Shown: positions 1-9,447 of the stretch, in pieces
How the letters are laid out: every line of letters begins with the position of its first letter
How positions within the stretch are numbered: the first letter of the stretch is position 1
NCBI RefSeq assembly: GCF_023169545.1
Contig: NZ_AP019769.1
Coordinates: 90,001 to 122,000, forward strand
Origin: Nanobdella aerobiophila
GTDB taxonomy: Archaea > Nanobdellota > Nanobdellia > Nanobdellales > Nanobdellaceae
DNA: 32,000 nucleotides
Direction: 5' to 3'
Notes under the pieces: model-generated
Seen by the model: the letters and a program-made list of their open reading frames with translations, nothing else
What the model was told of the DNA's origin: nothing
The model's database searches: none
Position numbers and translations under genes: made by a program

Positions 1-718
1 TATATGGATTATTTGTAAATTGCTCAAAATTTTGTGCACAAGTATTTATAAAATTATTATTTAAAGCATTAGCGCAATCTACGAAGGAACATTGAGAAAA
101 TTCTCCAGATTGTGAAAATTGAACGCCTTCATTATATAAATAAAATGCAGGATTATCGGATACTGTTTGATTAGCGCTATAAGGATATATATATTCTGAA
201 TTATTATTATAAACGGTTAAATATATACCAGTCACGTATACAGGATATTCATAATTATAATTACCAGCTTCTATATTATTACACGAACCTAAAACACCAG
301 CATAATAATTTGTTGAAATATTGGTTTCTATATTGTAAGGATAATAATATTGTAATTTTTCTAAATCATATATACTATTATATATATTTGTTGCTATACC
401 CTCTTCTGTTAAATTACTATAATAATTTAAAGCAGCCTGGCATGATTGTGGAGCACCGCAGGCTTCTGGATATGCCGCCCAATATTCTTTTCCCCACGAA
501 TTTAACCCCGCTATATAAGATTGTGTGTACGCTTGTTGTGTAATTAAAGTATTTATATAACCTAGAAAATAATCTGTTAGTGTTACTGAAGAAGTGAATC
601 TTATAAATATTTCATTTTGTTTGGAACTTAATGATATAGATACAAAAGATAGTATTATAATTACAGTTATAAAAGCTATAAATAATAACACATATATAAA
701 TTCTATTTGATTTCTCAT
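1..718 (-). CDS. Partial (3' end outside window) secreted/membrane-anchored protein with N-terminal TM helix, Tyr/Asn-rich, several Cys
   Basis: Minus-strand reading from ATG at 718: MRNQIEFIYVLLFIAFITVIIIILSFVSISLSSKQNEIFIRFTSS...; open to window edge; starts 3 nt after the stop-side end of the neighbouring gene cluster order. Confidence 0.75.
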   Translation of the reverse strand, partial: MRNQIEFIYVLLFIAFITVIIILSFVSISLSSKQNEIFIRFTSSVTLTDYFLGYINTLITQQAYTQSYIAGLNSWGKEYWAAYPEACGAPQSCQAALNYYSNLTEEGIATNIYNSIYDLEKLQYYYPYNIETNISTNYYAGVLGSCNNIEAGNYNYEYPVYVTGIYLTVYNNNSEYIYPYSANQTVSDNPAFYLYNEGVQFSQSGEFSQCSFVDCANALNNNFINTCAQNFEQFTNNPY

Positions 719-720
719 TA

Positions 721-1926
721 TTATATCTTAGTATGTAAATATATAAGTGTTAATATTGATAATGTAACGATAACTCCATGAATTACACCTAAACTTAGTG
801 CAAGATTTGGTAAGCTAAATATTGGTAATAAGAAAGAATTCATTCCTGGAGCAATACCAAATATTTCATTTTCTAATAATTCGCCAGATACCAATTGGAA
901 TATTAATAAAATACCTAAAGTTATTCCTATAGATTTTTTCAATATATTAGTATTTTTTCTATTAAAAAAATAATGTATACCTAGAAAGAAAAATATAAAT
1001 GATATAATTATTCTTGTATGTAAGAGATACATTAGATAGCTATCATAAAATAAATATAAAACGCCAAAAAATATCTGTAAATTATATAAAAATAATAGTA
1101 TAATGCTATAAAATGATACAAATTTATTTTTTAATTTTTTATATATTAAATAAAATATTATATACTCATATATTGATATAAAAATCATTGATAAAGATAT
1201 ATATTTATAATATGGGTCATTTATATTTGGATGTTTTATATAAAATAATGATAAAATAATTGAATATATTAGCTGTATAAATATTATAATTTGAGTTGCA
1301 TATATAATTATTTTTTTATAATTATTTATTTTATTTAATTTTGATAAATCTATACCATTGTTTTTATTTAGATAATTATATAAAAATATAGGTATTAATG
1401 TTATTAATATTAAAAATTCAAATAAATACTCTGCTATATCTGTCTTATAAAATAAATAAGCTATATTTATAACTATTTGTGGTAATATAACATCAACATC
1501 AGTTCCAATTACATTTATTACAGTATTTATAAATAATAGGATAATAAAATAAGATAATAAGAATATATAAATTATTAATTGTTTTTTTGATATCTTTAGA
1601 TTATTTATTATTAATGATTGTCCAATAAAATACGCTAATAGATAAAAGAAAATATATAAATAAAATAATTCTGCTATAAAATTATGGAATGTATTTATTG
1701 AAAAAATTTCTAAAGGAAATAATAGATATATAATTTTATAATTATTATAAGTTGTTTTTGTATACTTTAGTAATAATAAAAGTATTGGTATATAAATTAT
1801 ACCAAATATAATATTAAATATGTTTATACCAAATAATATATAATTTTTATTCCATATCTTAATAAAAGAAAATGATAATAATATTATTAGATAATAAAAA
1901 ATAAATTTTTTATTATTGTCTACCAT
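721..1926 (-). CDS. Polytopic integral membrane protein, function unknown
   Basis: 401 aa ORF, many hydrophobic helices; 7-bp overlap with upstream ORF (1920..3488). Confidence 0.8.
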   Translation of the reverse strand: MVDNNKKFIFYYLIILLSFSFIKIWNKNYILFGINIFNIIFGIIYIPILLLLLKYTKTTYNNYKIIYLLFPLEIFSINTFHNFIAELFYLYIFFYLLAYFIGQSLIINNLKISKKQLIIYIFLLSYFIILLFINTVINVIGTDVDVILPQIVINIAYLFYKTDIAEYLFEFLILITLIPIFLYNYLNKNNGIDLSKLNKINNYKKIIIYATQIIIFIQLIYSIILSLFYIKHPNINDPYYKYISLSMIFISIYEYIIFYLIYKKLKNKFVSFYSIILLFLYNLQIFFGVLYLFYDSYLMYLLHTRIIISFIFFFLGIHYFFNRKNTNILKKSIGITLGILLIFQLVSGELLENEIFGIAPGMNSFLLPIFSLPNLALSLGVIHGVIVTLSILTLIYLHTKI

Positions 1927-3488
1927 GTATCTAGCACTCCAACCAGATATCCGCCCAAGTTTAGTTTAGGAATTGGCAAATAAAAATAATATGTATATAA
2001 ATTTTGGTTTTTTGGTATTGGATATCCTAATGATATGCTATTTCCTTGCCCATTATATAAATATGCATTTAATTCATATACATTACCATTGCTTGTTGTA
2101 CAGAATACTCTTGGCATTGCGATTCCATTAGATCCAGGATGTGGATCCCAATATGCTGCAGATATAATTATATATGGATTATTTGGATCTCTATTAATTA
2201 TTGCCCATTTTGTTATATTAAATTCATATAATCCTGCGCTATTCTCATTTTGATTTATTTGATATACTAAAGGACATTGTTTTCCAACTATTATACCACT
2301 TACATTTTCTATATTTTGAAATACTCCTACAGGACATGTTAAGATGCCTCCATTTGTTGTAGATACTGTACAATATGGTGCTGCAGCTAAAAATATATAA
2401 TCGGGCTGTCCGGTTGAATTTAAATAAGATATATATAATCTTATAACTTCATGCCAAGGGTAATCTATATATACATCCTGACAAGATGGCGGTATATATA
2501 CTTTTCCTCTATAAAATGAACCGACTATCGAAGAACCAGAATTTATTAGACCAAGATCCTGCGCTAGTTGCGTTATATCTGTTGCAGTTTTATATATTGG
2601 TGGGTTTGGATAATAATATCCTTCGCCACTATATGCTCCGCCTACAACAATATATTGTCCATAAAAGAAAGATGGTAATGTATAGTTTGGTGCTACTGGA
2701 ACCATCCAACCATCATCAAGATCTTGAAATAATTCCCAATTACCATTCTGGCAAAATACAGATGCGTTTGTAAAATCCTCTCCAGGAAATAAGGTTGATA
2801 ATGATGTACAGAATCCACTAATTTCAGCTTCAGAGGTACAAAAATATGGGCCATATAATCCTCCCAAGCCCCATGAACCACAAGAATTATCTTCATGAAA
2901 TGGTGCAGTTGCATTTACCCAACCAGCACCATGTATATTTTCATATTCTGCTCCTTGATAAGCATATGATACGGAATATTCAGGAGAATATACAGTTTCA
3001 GTATAATCATTAATATAACTAGTATTGTAATTCCATTGATACCATTGAACTCCATTTGTATTATTTGGTGGATTTATTTCACAAGAGTCCCAATCATATA
3101 TATTTCCAGTAACTAAAAACATTTGAACGATCCATCCTGTTATAGATGGTAAATAATATATTGTTAAATTCCAGTTATTACCATATATACTATCGAAATA
3201 ATTATATAGATCCTGAGTTATATTTGTACATGTGTTATCATTTATACAATATTCATTATTTTCTGATGTAGATAAATAAGATAATAAAAATGAGTATGAT
3301 TGATTTACGCTATCATTATTAATATATGATAATAAATCTACACTATTTTGAATAGTCAATGAATATTGATTTTCTGGTATATATTTATTTGTTATATTAT
3401 TATATGTTATTATAAAATATAAAATAAAAGATAAAACTATTATTCCAGTTATAACTATAATTATTATATAATTTACTTGGCTTTTCAT
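1920..3488 (-). CDS. Large Cys-rich secreted/membrane-anchored ectodomain protein, unknown
   Basis: 522 aa ORF; single N-terminal TM helix then Cys/aromatic-rich ectodomain; 4-bp overlap with 3485..4342. Confidence 0.8.
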   Translation of the reverse strand: MKSQVNYIIIIVITGIIVLSFILYFIITYNNITNKYIPENQYSLTIQNSVDLLSYINNDSVNQSYSFLLSYLSTSENNEYCINDNTCTNITQDLYNYFDSIYGNNWNLTIYYLPSITGWIVQMFLVTGNIYDWDSCEINPPNNTNGVQWYQWNYNTSYINDYTETVYSPEYSVSYAYQGAEYENIHGAGWVNATAPFHEDNSCGSWGLGGLYGPYFCTSEAEISGFCTSLSTLFPGEDFTNASVFCQNGNWELFQDLDDGWMVPVAPNYTLPSFFYGQYIVVGGAYSGEGYYYPNPPIYKTATDITQLAQDLGLINSGSSIVGSFYRGKVYIPPSCQDVYIDYPWHEVIRLYISYLNSTGQPDYIFLAAAPYCTVSTTNGGILTCPVGVFQNIENVSGIIVGKQCPLVYQINQNENSAGLYEFNITKWAIINRDPNNPYIIISAAYWDPHPGSNGIAMPRVFCTTSNGNVYELNAYLYNGQGNSISLGYPIPKNQNLYTYYFYLPIPKLNLGGYLVGVLDTW

Positions 3489-4342
3489 TTTATATAATAT
3501 AATATTATTATTAATAAGCCTATAATTATTATAATTACCGATAATATTGGTAATATATTATACTCATTATTATTATACTCCGTTTTAGTCAAATTTTCTT
3601 CATTATTTAAATATATATTATTTATAGAACTATTAGTCATTATCTGACTTGTCTGGTTATTATATATACATGTAAATACTCCATAACAATTTACTTCTAT
3701 ATTGTTTGGAGGTGGGCATTCTTTTAAAAATTCATTATATAATTTTTGTAAAGAATAATTATATGGGCATCTATACCAATCTCCATTAAAACTTTCATTT
3801 TCTGGGCAATAACCACATGATTGCTCTATATATAATGCAGAATATATATTATTATATTCCGTAGAATTATAATTTCCAGGTATATATGGAGGGTTAAAAC
3901 ATGGATATGGAACTTCTGAACAGGATTGAACAATCCATGGTGTATCTGAACAGCTTACTATATTATTACATGCAGATAATATAGGATATACATCTTGATA
4001 TGAGCTTTCTGGAACTAATGCTAAAGGATCTATCTCTGTTCCATTAGGATAAATACATAAGAACTGAGTTATTGTTGTATTATCTATGGTTAAATTTTGT
4101 ATTATGGAACTTAGATTATAGTGATAGCAGAAATTATATTTTTCAGGAACCTGTCCATAATAATAATTAAATGCATTAAATGTATTACCATCTACTATAC
4201 AATATTCTCCAGTTGAGTTCGCATAAAATACTCCACCTCCATATTGGCAAAATACTGCTACAGGATTTTTTAATGAATATATATTATATACAAATAATAA
4301 TGAAATTAAAAAAATTATAATATTACGATATATATGTGACAT
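3485..4342 (-). CDS. Cys-rich ectodomain protein with N- and C-terminal hydrophobic helices, unknown
   Basis: 285 aa ORF; signal-like N-term (NIIIFLISLLFVYNIYSL), C-terminal TM (ILPILSVIIIIIGLLIIILYYIK), many Cys incl. SCGYC and CSDTPWIVQSCSEVPYPC. Confidence 0.8.
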   Translation of the reverse strand: MSHIYRNIIIFLISLLFVYNIYSLKNPVAVFCQYGGGVFYANSTGEYCIVDGNTFNAFNYYYGQVPEKYNFCYHYNLSSIIQNLTIDNTTITQFLCIYPNGTEIDPLALVPESSYQDVYPILSACNNIVSCSDTPWIVQSCSEVPYPCFNPPYIPGNYNSTEYNNIYSALYIEQSCGYCPENESFNGDWYRCPYNYSLQKLYNEFLKECPPPNNIEVNCYGVFTCIYNNQTSQIMTNSSINNIYLNNEENLTKTEYNNNEYNILPILSVIIIIIGLLIIILYYIK

Positions 4343-5831
4343 TGTTTATAGAAATAATATAATAAGGAAGGCTTTGGCCGTATGGTGTTGAATTATAAGG
4401 AACATATATATATCCATTATTCATCCAATATACTCCTCCACAGTTATATCCACTTCCAAGTACTTTTTGTACATAATAATTACAAAAATTTTGGTTTAAA
4501 AATAACTGACTGCACGATTGTATAGATATCATATTATTTGGTATAAGAAGTGGTGTTGTATCATAATAATTTGTTGTATTATATACTACTATGATGCATG
4601 CGGATTGTTGCCCCCATTCGTTTTGTATTATCCAACAACCAGGCTGATTATATTCTTCTTGGCATATATTTGAATTATCATTAAATCCTACTAATAATGT
4701 TGCATGTCCCGTTGCTTCTAGATAATAACTAGTATCTTGATTGGATAGACCACCTAAAAATCCACTTATACTTAATGGACCATAACATAGTAAATCTTGT
4801 TTTATTTGTTGGGTGCTTAAATCTCCTGATGGTGGCAGGGCTGCTAATTGTCCTCCTGGTCCTATAGCCTCTTCACTATCTAAAAATCCTGAAGCAAGAT
4901 ATTGTTCAGAATCTGGTACATAAATATTATTATTTGGTATACTATATGACTGTCCGCATACATCTCCTGGATAATTAGAAATATTTGTACTGCAGTCTGC
5001 CAGTTCTTGATAATATGTATTATAATTATTATCTGTTCCTATACCATATTCTTCTGAAAATTGTATTCCTTGATATGGTAATCCACCTAAACAACCCATT
5101 ACATCTTGGCAGTATCCTGGAGAATTTGGATTACCAACATTGCAGTTAACTGCAATTTCTGTTGGTGAAAGATACAAACTTAAATTTGGTAAATTATTAT
5201 ATATCATATAATTTGAGGCAATTGCATATGCAGCGCTCCATGCCCAGCAATCACCGCATGTACCTTGATTTCCAATGGGGGGTAAGTAACTATCTCCATT
5301 TACATCACCCCAGTTCCAAGAAGTTTGTCCTGTATAATTATATAAACAATCATTGCTTGATATTATATTATTTGAATTATTGGAATTAATTATCATATTA
5401 TACGTATTATTATCTATTAAATATTCAGATTCATTATAATTATTTGTTATATATATATGATTATTTGATTTTATAAAGTATATTTCATTTGGATATAATA
5501 AGTAATTTATTTCAGAATTATTATTATATAAGGATATATTATAATTATTAAATGTTATTGAATAATTATTGTTGTTATAATTTAATACTATTGAATTATT
5601 GGCATAATATATTATTACATCATTTGGAACACTTAATCTTATAAAATAGTTGCCTTGAAATGTGGTTATTGTATTTTCCAAATTTTGTATATTTTGGACA
5701 AAATTTTGAAATTCTATATTTTGTTGTGATGTCTTTAAATTATAAATATATATATAATATATACCTATTGCTAGTCCAACTATTACTAATATTATTCCTA
5801 CATTCAATAAATTGATTTGAACTCTCTTCAT
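4323..5831 (-). CDS. Membrane-anchored papain-family (C1) cysteine protease
   Basis: NQGTCGDCWAWSAAYAIAS (oxyanion Gln and catalytic Cys), GHATLLVGF (catalytic His), WIIQNEWG (catalytic Asn); N-terminal TM helix. Confidence 0.9.
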   Translation of the reverse strand: MKRVQINLLNVGIILVIVGLAIGIYYIYIYNLKTSQQNIEFQNFVQNIQNLENTITTFQGNYFIRLSVPNDVIIYYANNSIVLNYNNNNYSITFNNYNISLYNNNSEINYLLYPNEIYFIKSNNHIYITNNYNESEYLIDNNTYNMIINSNNSNNIISSNDCLYNYTGQTSWNWGDVNGDSYLPPIGNQGTCGDCWAWSAAYAIASNYMIYNNLPNLSLYLSPTEIAVNCNVGNPNSPGYCQDVMGCLGGLPYQGIQFSEEYGIGTDNNYNTYYQELADCSTNISNYPGDVCGQSYSIPNNNIYVPDSEQYLASGFLDSEEAIGPGGQLAALPPSGDLSTQQIKQDLLCYGPLSISGFLGGLSNQDTSYYLEATGHATLLVGFNDNSNICQEEYNQPGCWIIQNEWGQQSACIIVVYNTTNYYDTTPLLIPNNMISIQSCSQLFLNQNFCNYYVQKVLGSGYNCGGVYWMNNGYIYVPYNSTPYGQSLPYYIISINNVTYIS

Positions 5832-5867
5832 AAATAGTTTTTTTATTAGTTTTATAATTTATATATT

Positions 5868-6290
5868 TTATGTAGATGAATATATCTCTATTGAGTTTGG
5901 ATTATTTTTATATATTGTTATTTCTATATTTTCTACATTATTATTTAGGTTAGCGTATTTATATAATGTATTATTATATGATATAGTACCTTCTATTATT
6001 ATATTACAACTTGAATTGTATTTTATATATTGATTATATATATAACAGGTTACTTCATTTCCATTAGATGATATATAATTTAGGTATTTTGATATTTGAA
6101 AATTTGTTGTTATACTGGTTCCATTGTTAGCATTACATACTTCTTCAATAGAATTAAATAAATTTTGGCACTGATTTATTTGATTTGATACAAGATAGAT
6201 TTCATTATTCATATAGCTAAATTTTAAATATAAGTACATTGAAATTCCAAATCCAATTACAGTTGCAATAAGCCAGAACCATTTTTCCAT
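5868..6290 (-). CDS. Small membrane-anchored pilin-like protein
   Basis: 140 aa; N-terminal TM helix followed by small Cys-containing ectodomain; clustered with similar ORFs. Confidence 0.65.
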   Translation of the reverse strand: MEKWFWLIATVIGFGISMYLYLKFSYMNNEIYLVSNQINQCQNLFNSIEEVCNANNGTSITTNFQISKYLNYISSNGNEVTCYIYNQYIKYNSSCNIIIEGTISYNNTLYKYANLNNNVENIEITIYKNNPNSIEIYSST

Positions 6291-6322
6291 TTTTATAAAA
6301 AATATTTATCTATATATAAAAA

Positions 6323-6736
6323 TTATTGTAATGATAAATATACATAATTTATATTTGAATTAATTAATATATAGTCACCTTGTTTTATATAATAATTACA
6401 ATTTTGAATCTGTACATTAGGATCTATACTTAATACATTATCTATTAATTGAGAACATGAAAAAGAATTTGTTCCATTATAATATACTAAATAACATAAT
6501 CCATTTTCTTTTTTATTATAACAAGAAATTATATCTAAAGATAATGTGTCTATAGATTGAACATTAGTTTCAACTACCGTGCTTGTACTATTAGGATGCG
6601 GAAGTGCAGTATTTATATAAGATACTAGATTACTTTTTATCATTAAGATTATACCAACGATTACTACTACTGCAATTATTCCTATAATTATTATAAATGT
6701 TAAATTTACGGGCATTTCTTGACCTTTCATTGCCAT
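6323..6736 (-). CDS. Pilin-like protein (class III signal-like N-terminus)
   Basis: 137 aa; MAMKGQEMPVNLTFIIIIGIIAVVVIVGIILM, K-G/Q prepilin-like site followed by hydrophobic helix. Confidence 0.65.
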   Translation of the reverse strand: MAMKGQEMPVNLTFIIIIGIIAVVVIVGIILMIKSNLVSYINTALPHPNSTSTVVETNVQSIDTLSLDIISCYNKKENGLCYLVYYNGTNSFSCSQLIDNVLSIDPNVQIQNCNYYIKQGDYILINSNINYVYLSLQ

Positions 6737-7206
6737 AATATTATATTTGTATTATTATAAATTATAAATATACTTTGATATGGTGTAAAATTTAATTGAT
6801 TATTTTCGTAATGAAATAATAAATTATTTGTATTAAAATTACTATATCTATTTAATATATATAATATATTTGTGGAATTAATGGATAAATTTTCATCAAT
6901 ATATACATCATAACAAACATTAAATAGGTTGTTTGTATTTATATTTTTATTATAGCAACTAATCACTAATCCAGCAATTGCATTTTCTATATAATCTTCT
7001 GTTTGGTTATTAAATTCTATGGTTTGCGTTTCTGGGTAGTATTTTAAACATGATGGAGAAAATGAGTCTGTGGATACTATACTTTCGCAATAATATTGTT
7101 TAGAGTTTAGAAAAAATTTATCATATATTATATATAAAAATATACTTATAGAGATTATTGCTACAATAATAATAAATGCCTGATCTATAGCAATATCATT
7201 TTTCAT
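6727..7206 (-). CDS. Pilin-like / minor pseudopilin-like protein
   Basis: 159 aa; N-terminal hydrophobic helix, short overlap with neighbours. Confidence 0.6.
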   Translation of the reverse strand: MKNDIAIDQAFIIIVAIISISIFLYIIYDKFFLNSKQYYCESIVSTDSFSPSCLKYYPETQTIEFNNQTEDYIENAIAGLVISCYNKNINTNNLFNVCYDVYIDENLSINSTNILYILNRYSNFNTNNLLFHYENNQLNFTPYQSIFIIYNNTNIILWQ

Positions 7207-7481
7207 ATATAACTTATATTTCCTTCATATATATATATTATTCTATTTCCTTCTGGAATTAGTAAATTATTTATTGTACAGTTTTGAGTTAAATATACTT
7301 TTATTTCTATTGTTTTATAATAGCTTTGGTTATATAAATTATTTAGTTCTTGGCAATTTATAGATCTTATATTATTATTTGTATCATTTACTTTATATAT
7401 ATAATAAAAAGAAAAACTAGCTGCTGCAATAATTAAGATAAAAGATATTAATAGTTCATATTGAATATTTTGAGCTTTCAT
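7203..7481 (-). CDS. Small pilin-like protein
   Basis: 92 aa; MKAQNIQYELLISFILIIAAASFSFYYIY resembles class III signal peptides; 4-bp overlaps on both sides. Confidence 0.6.
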   Translation of the reverse strand: MKAQNIQYELLISFILIIAAASFSFYYIYKVNDTNNNIRSINCQELNNLYNQSYYKTIEIKVYLTQNCTINNLLIPEGNRIIYIYEGNISYI

Positions 7482-9445
7482 ATTGATATATTTGTTGGTA
7501 AATAAGGCCCGAAAACAGAAAAAATTACTATAATACCAATTATTGAAAATACAGTATATATTATAGTTCCTAATAATAAATTTTTTCCTATATAATAATC
7601 TATCATTGTATTATCAAATCCATATTTTATTCCAGCAGTCATATATGATGTTATAATTATAAATTCTATGAAAAATATACCAATTATAGCTTCAAAATAT
7701 GTTGGTGGTATTAAATTATATAAATTAAAAGTTTGTACTATTAATTGTTCTATCCCTGCAGAACCTGATATACCAATGGATTGATCAATTAGTTGGAAGA
7801 AGTATGCTAAAGCAAATAACATAGATATTATCCCATTATTAAAGACGGTTACTAGTGCAGATATAAATGGTATTAAATTTTTTGATGTAACATCTAACAT
7901 ACTTATTATTTCATTTAGAATCTTTCTTACATTATTTTTTATATTTATTACATTTTCTAGGTTATAGGAAATATTATATGTTATTTTTGATAATATCTCT
8001 GGACCTTTTGATATGGAATATATTATTAGTTGTAAACTTTCTCTTACTAGTTTTGATGGATAATAATTTATAGATCCATTATTAATATTGAATATAGAAT
8101 TTATTAAGTCGAAACCTTTTCTCAAATTATATATTGTTATCTTTAGGAAATTCTCCATTACCCCACTAGACTTTATTATCTTATAATTTTGATATGTTTT
8201 TTGTATTACAATTTCCATTGGATAACCATCTTCTAATAATGAGGCAAATTCATAAGTTACTATTGGAAATTCATCTTCTATTTCTTCTATTTGTTGTATT
8301 TTTTTTACTTTCTGATATGAATTAAGATAGAAATATGATCCTATACCAAGACCCAATCCTAAAGGTATTGTTAAAACAGTTAATATATTGTATAGGGCTC
8401 TATCCTGATATATTATTGATAAATATTGGCTATCTCCTGGTGGTATATATAATAATTGAATTGCTAAATTTATTATATGATAGAATCCTATAATGGATAT
8501 AGAAAGGAATATTAATGATATAAAGATTATTGGTAAATATTTACCATTTATCTTTATAGTTCCATTTCTTGGTAGGTCTTTTGATAATGATAAATCAGGT
8601 GTAGAAAAAGCAAAAGGGCTTTTAGACAATAAATTTTGGGCTATTAAGAATACTATTACTGGAAGAATAATTATATAACTAAATGCTATAAAGTAAAAAC
8701 TTACTGTATTTAATATAAATATTGATAATAATGGTAGCATAATTAATGTTATCATTGGCATCATTACTAAAAATGATACAATTGCAGTTGTTGGCTCTTT
8801 TAAATTTTCTACATATTCTTCTGATCTTTGTAAGGATTTTTTTAATGTCCATTCTAATATCCTATCAACTAATTTATTTATATCATCTATAGAACTTTTA
8901 TAGTTTATATTAATTAAATGGGTGATTGCATATACAAATTCAGGATTTATATAATACCATCTATATTGATAATATTCCAAAGCATCTTCTATTTTATTAA
9001 ATCTGTTTGTTTCTAAGTCATATATTATTTTTTTAAAATCATCTGCTAATATCCCATTCATATAATATGCTACATATTGTATTGCTTTTTCTAAATTTGG
9101 ATTTCTTTTAATATATAATGATAAATACAATAAGATCCAGACAGATTCAGAAGTTGCTTTAATCTTTACTATCTGAGTATAAAATATTGGATAATATATA
9201 AGATAAAAATTTAATATTAATAATGATATAAATAAAGAAAATGCGAATTGAAATGATATGATACTAAATATAAAATAAGTTATTATAGAAATTATAAATA
9301 AAGATATATTTGATGATAATATATTATTAGGATTTGTATTTAGCCTATTTAACCATAAATGAAATTTATAAAAATCATATATCTTCTTTGGAGCCTTTAT
9401 TTTTATTATTATAAATTTATTATAAAAATTTTCAAAAAAAGACAT
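7478..9445 (-). CDS. Type II secretion F-domain / TadC / ArlJ-like membrane platform protein with two F-domain-like halves
   Basis: 655 aa; family-typical layout of cytoplasmic helical segments (e.g. SVWILLYLSLYIKRNPNLEKAIQYVA... and EFPIVTYEFASLLEDGYPMEIVIQKTYQ...) each followed by TM helices. Confidence 0.8.
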   Translation of the reverse strand: MSFFENFYNKFIIIKIKAPKKIYDFYKFHLWLNRLNTNPNNILSSNISLFIISIITYFIFSIISFQFAFSLFISLLILNFYLIYYPIFYTQIVKIKATSESVWILLYLSLYIKRNPNLEKAIQYVAYYMNGILADDFKKIIYDLETNRFNKIEDALEYYQYRWYYINPEFVYAITHLININYKSSIDDINKLVDRILEWTLKKSLQRSEEYVENLKEPTTAIVSFLVMMPMITLIMLPLLSIFILNTVSFYFIAFSYIIILPVIVFLIAQNLLSKSPFAFSTPDLSLSKDLPRNGTIKINGKYLPIIFISLIFLSISIIGFYHIINLAIQLLYIPPGDSQYLSIIYQDRALYNILTVLTIPLGLGLGIGSYFYLNSYQKVKKIQQIEEIEDEFPIVTYEFASLLEDGYPMEIVIQKTYQNYKIIKSSGVMENFLKITIYNLRKGFDLINSIFNINNGSINYYPSKLVRESLQLIIYSISKGPEILSKITYNISYNLENVINIKNNVRKILNEIISMLDVTSKNLIPFISALVTVFNNGIISMLFALAYFFQLIDQSIGISGSAGIEQLIVQTFNLYNLIPPTYFEAIIGIFFIEFIIITSYMTAGIKYGFDNTMIDYYIGKNLLLGTIIYTVFSIIGIIVIFSVFGPYLPTNISI

Positions 9446-9447
9446 AC

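Noticed and set aside
310-543. 77-aa plus-strand ORF
   Set aside because: Antisense to the continuous minus-strand surface-protein ORF (<1-718), low-complexity, no motif.
2035-2914. Small ORFs 2035..2253, 2486..2773 and 2693..2914 over the 522-aa gene
   Set aside because: Shadow ORFs; the 522-aa minus ORF with N-terminal TM and Cys pattern is the coherent gene.
5162-5389. 75-aa plus ORF within the protease gene
   Set aside because: Antisense to the recognised papain catalytic region.
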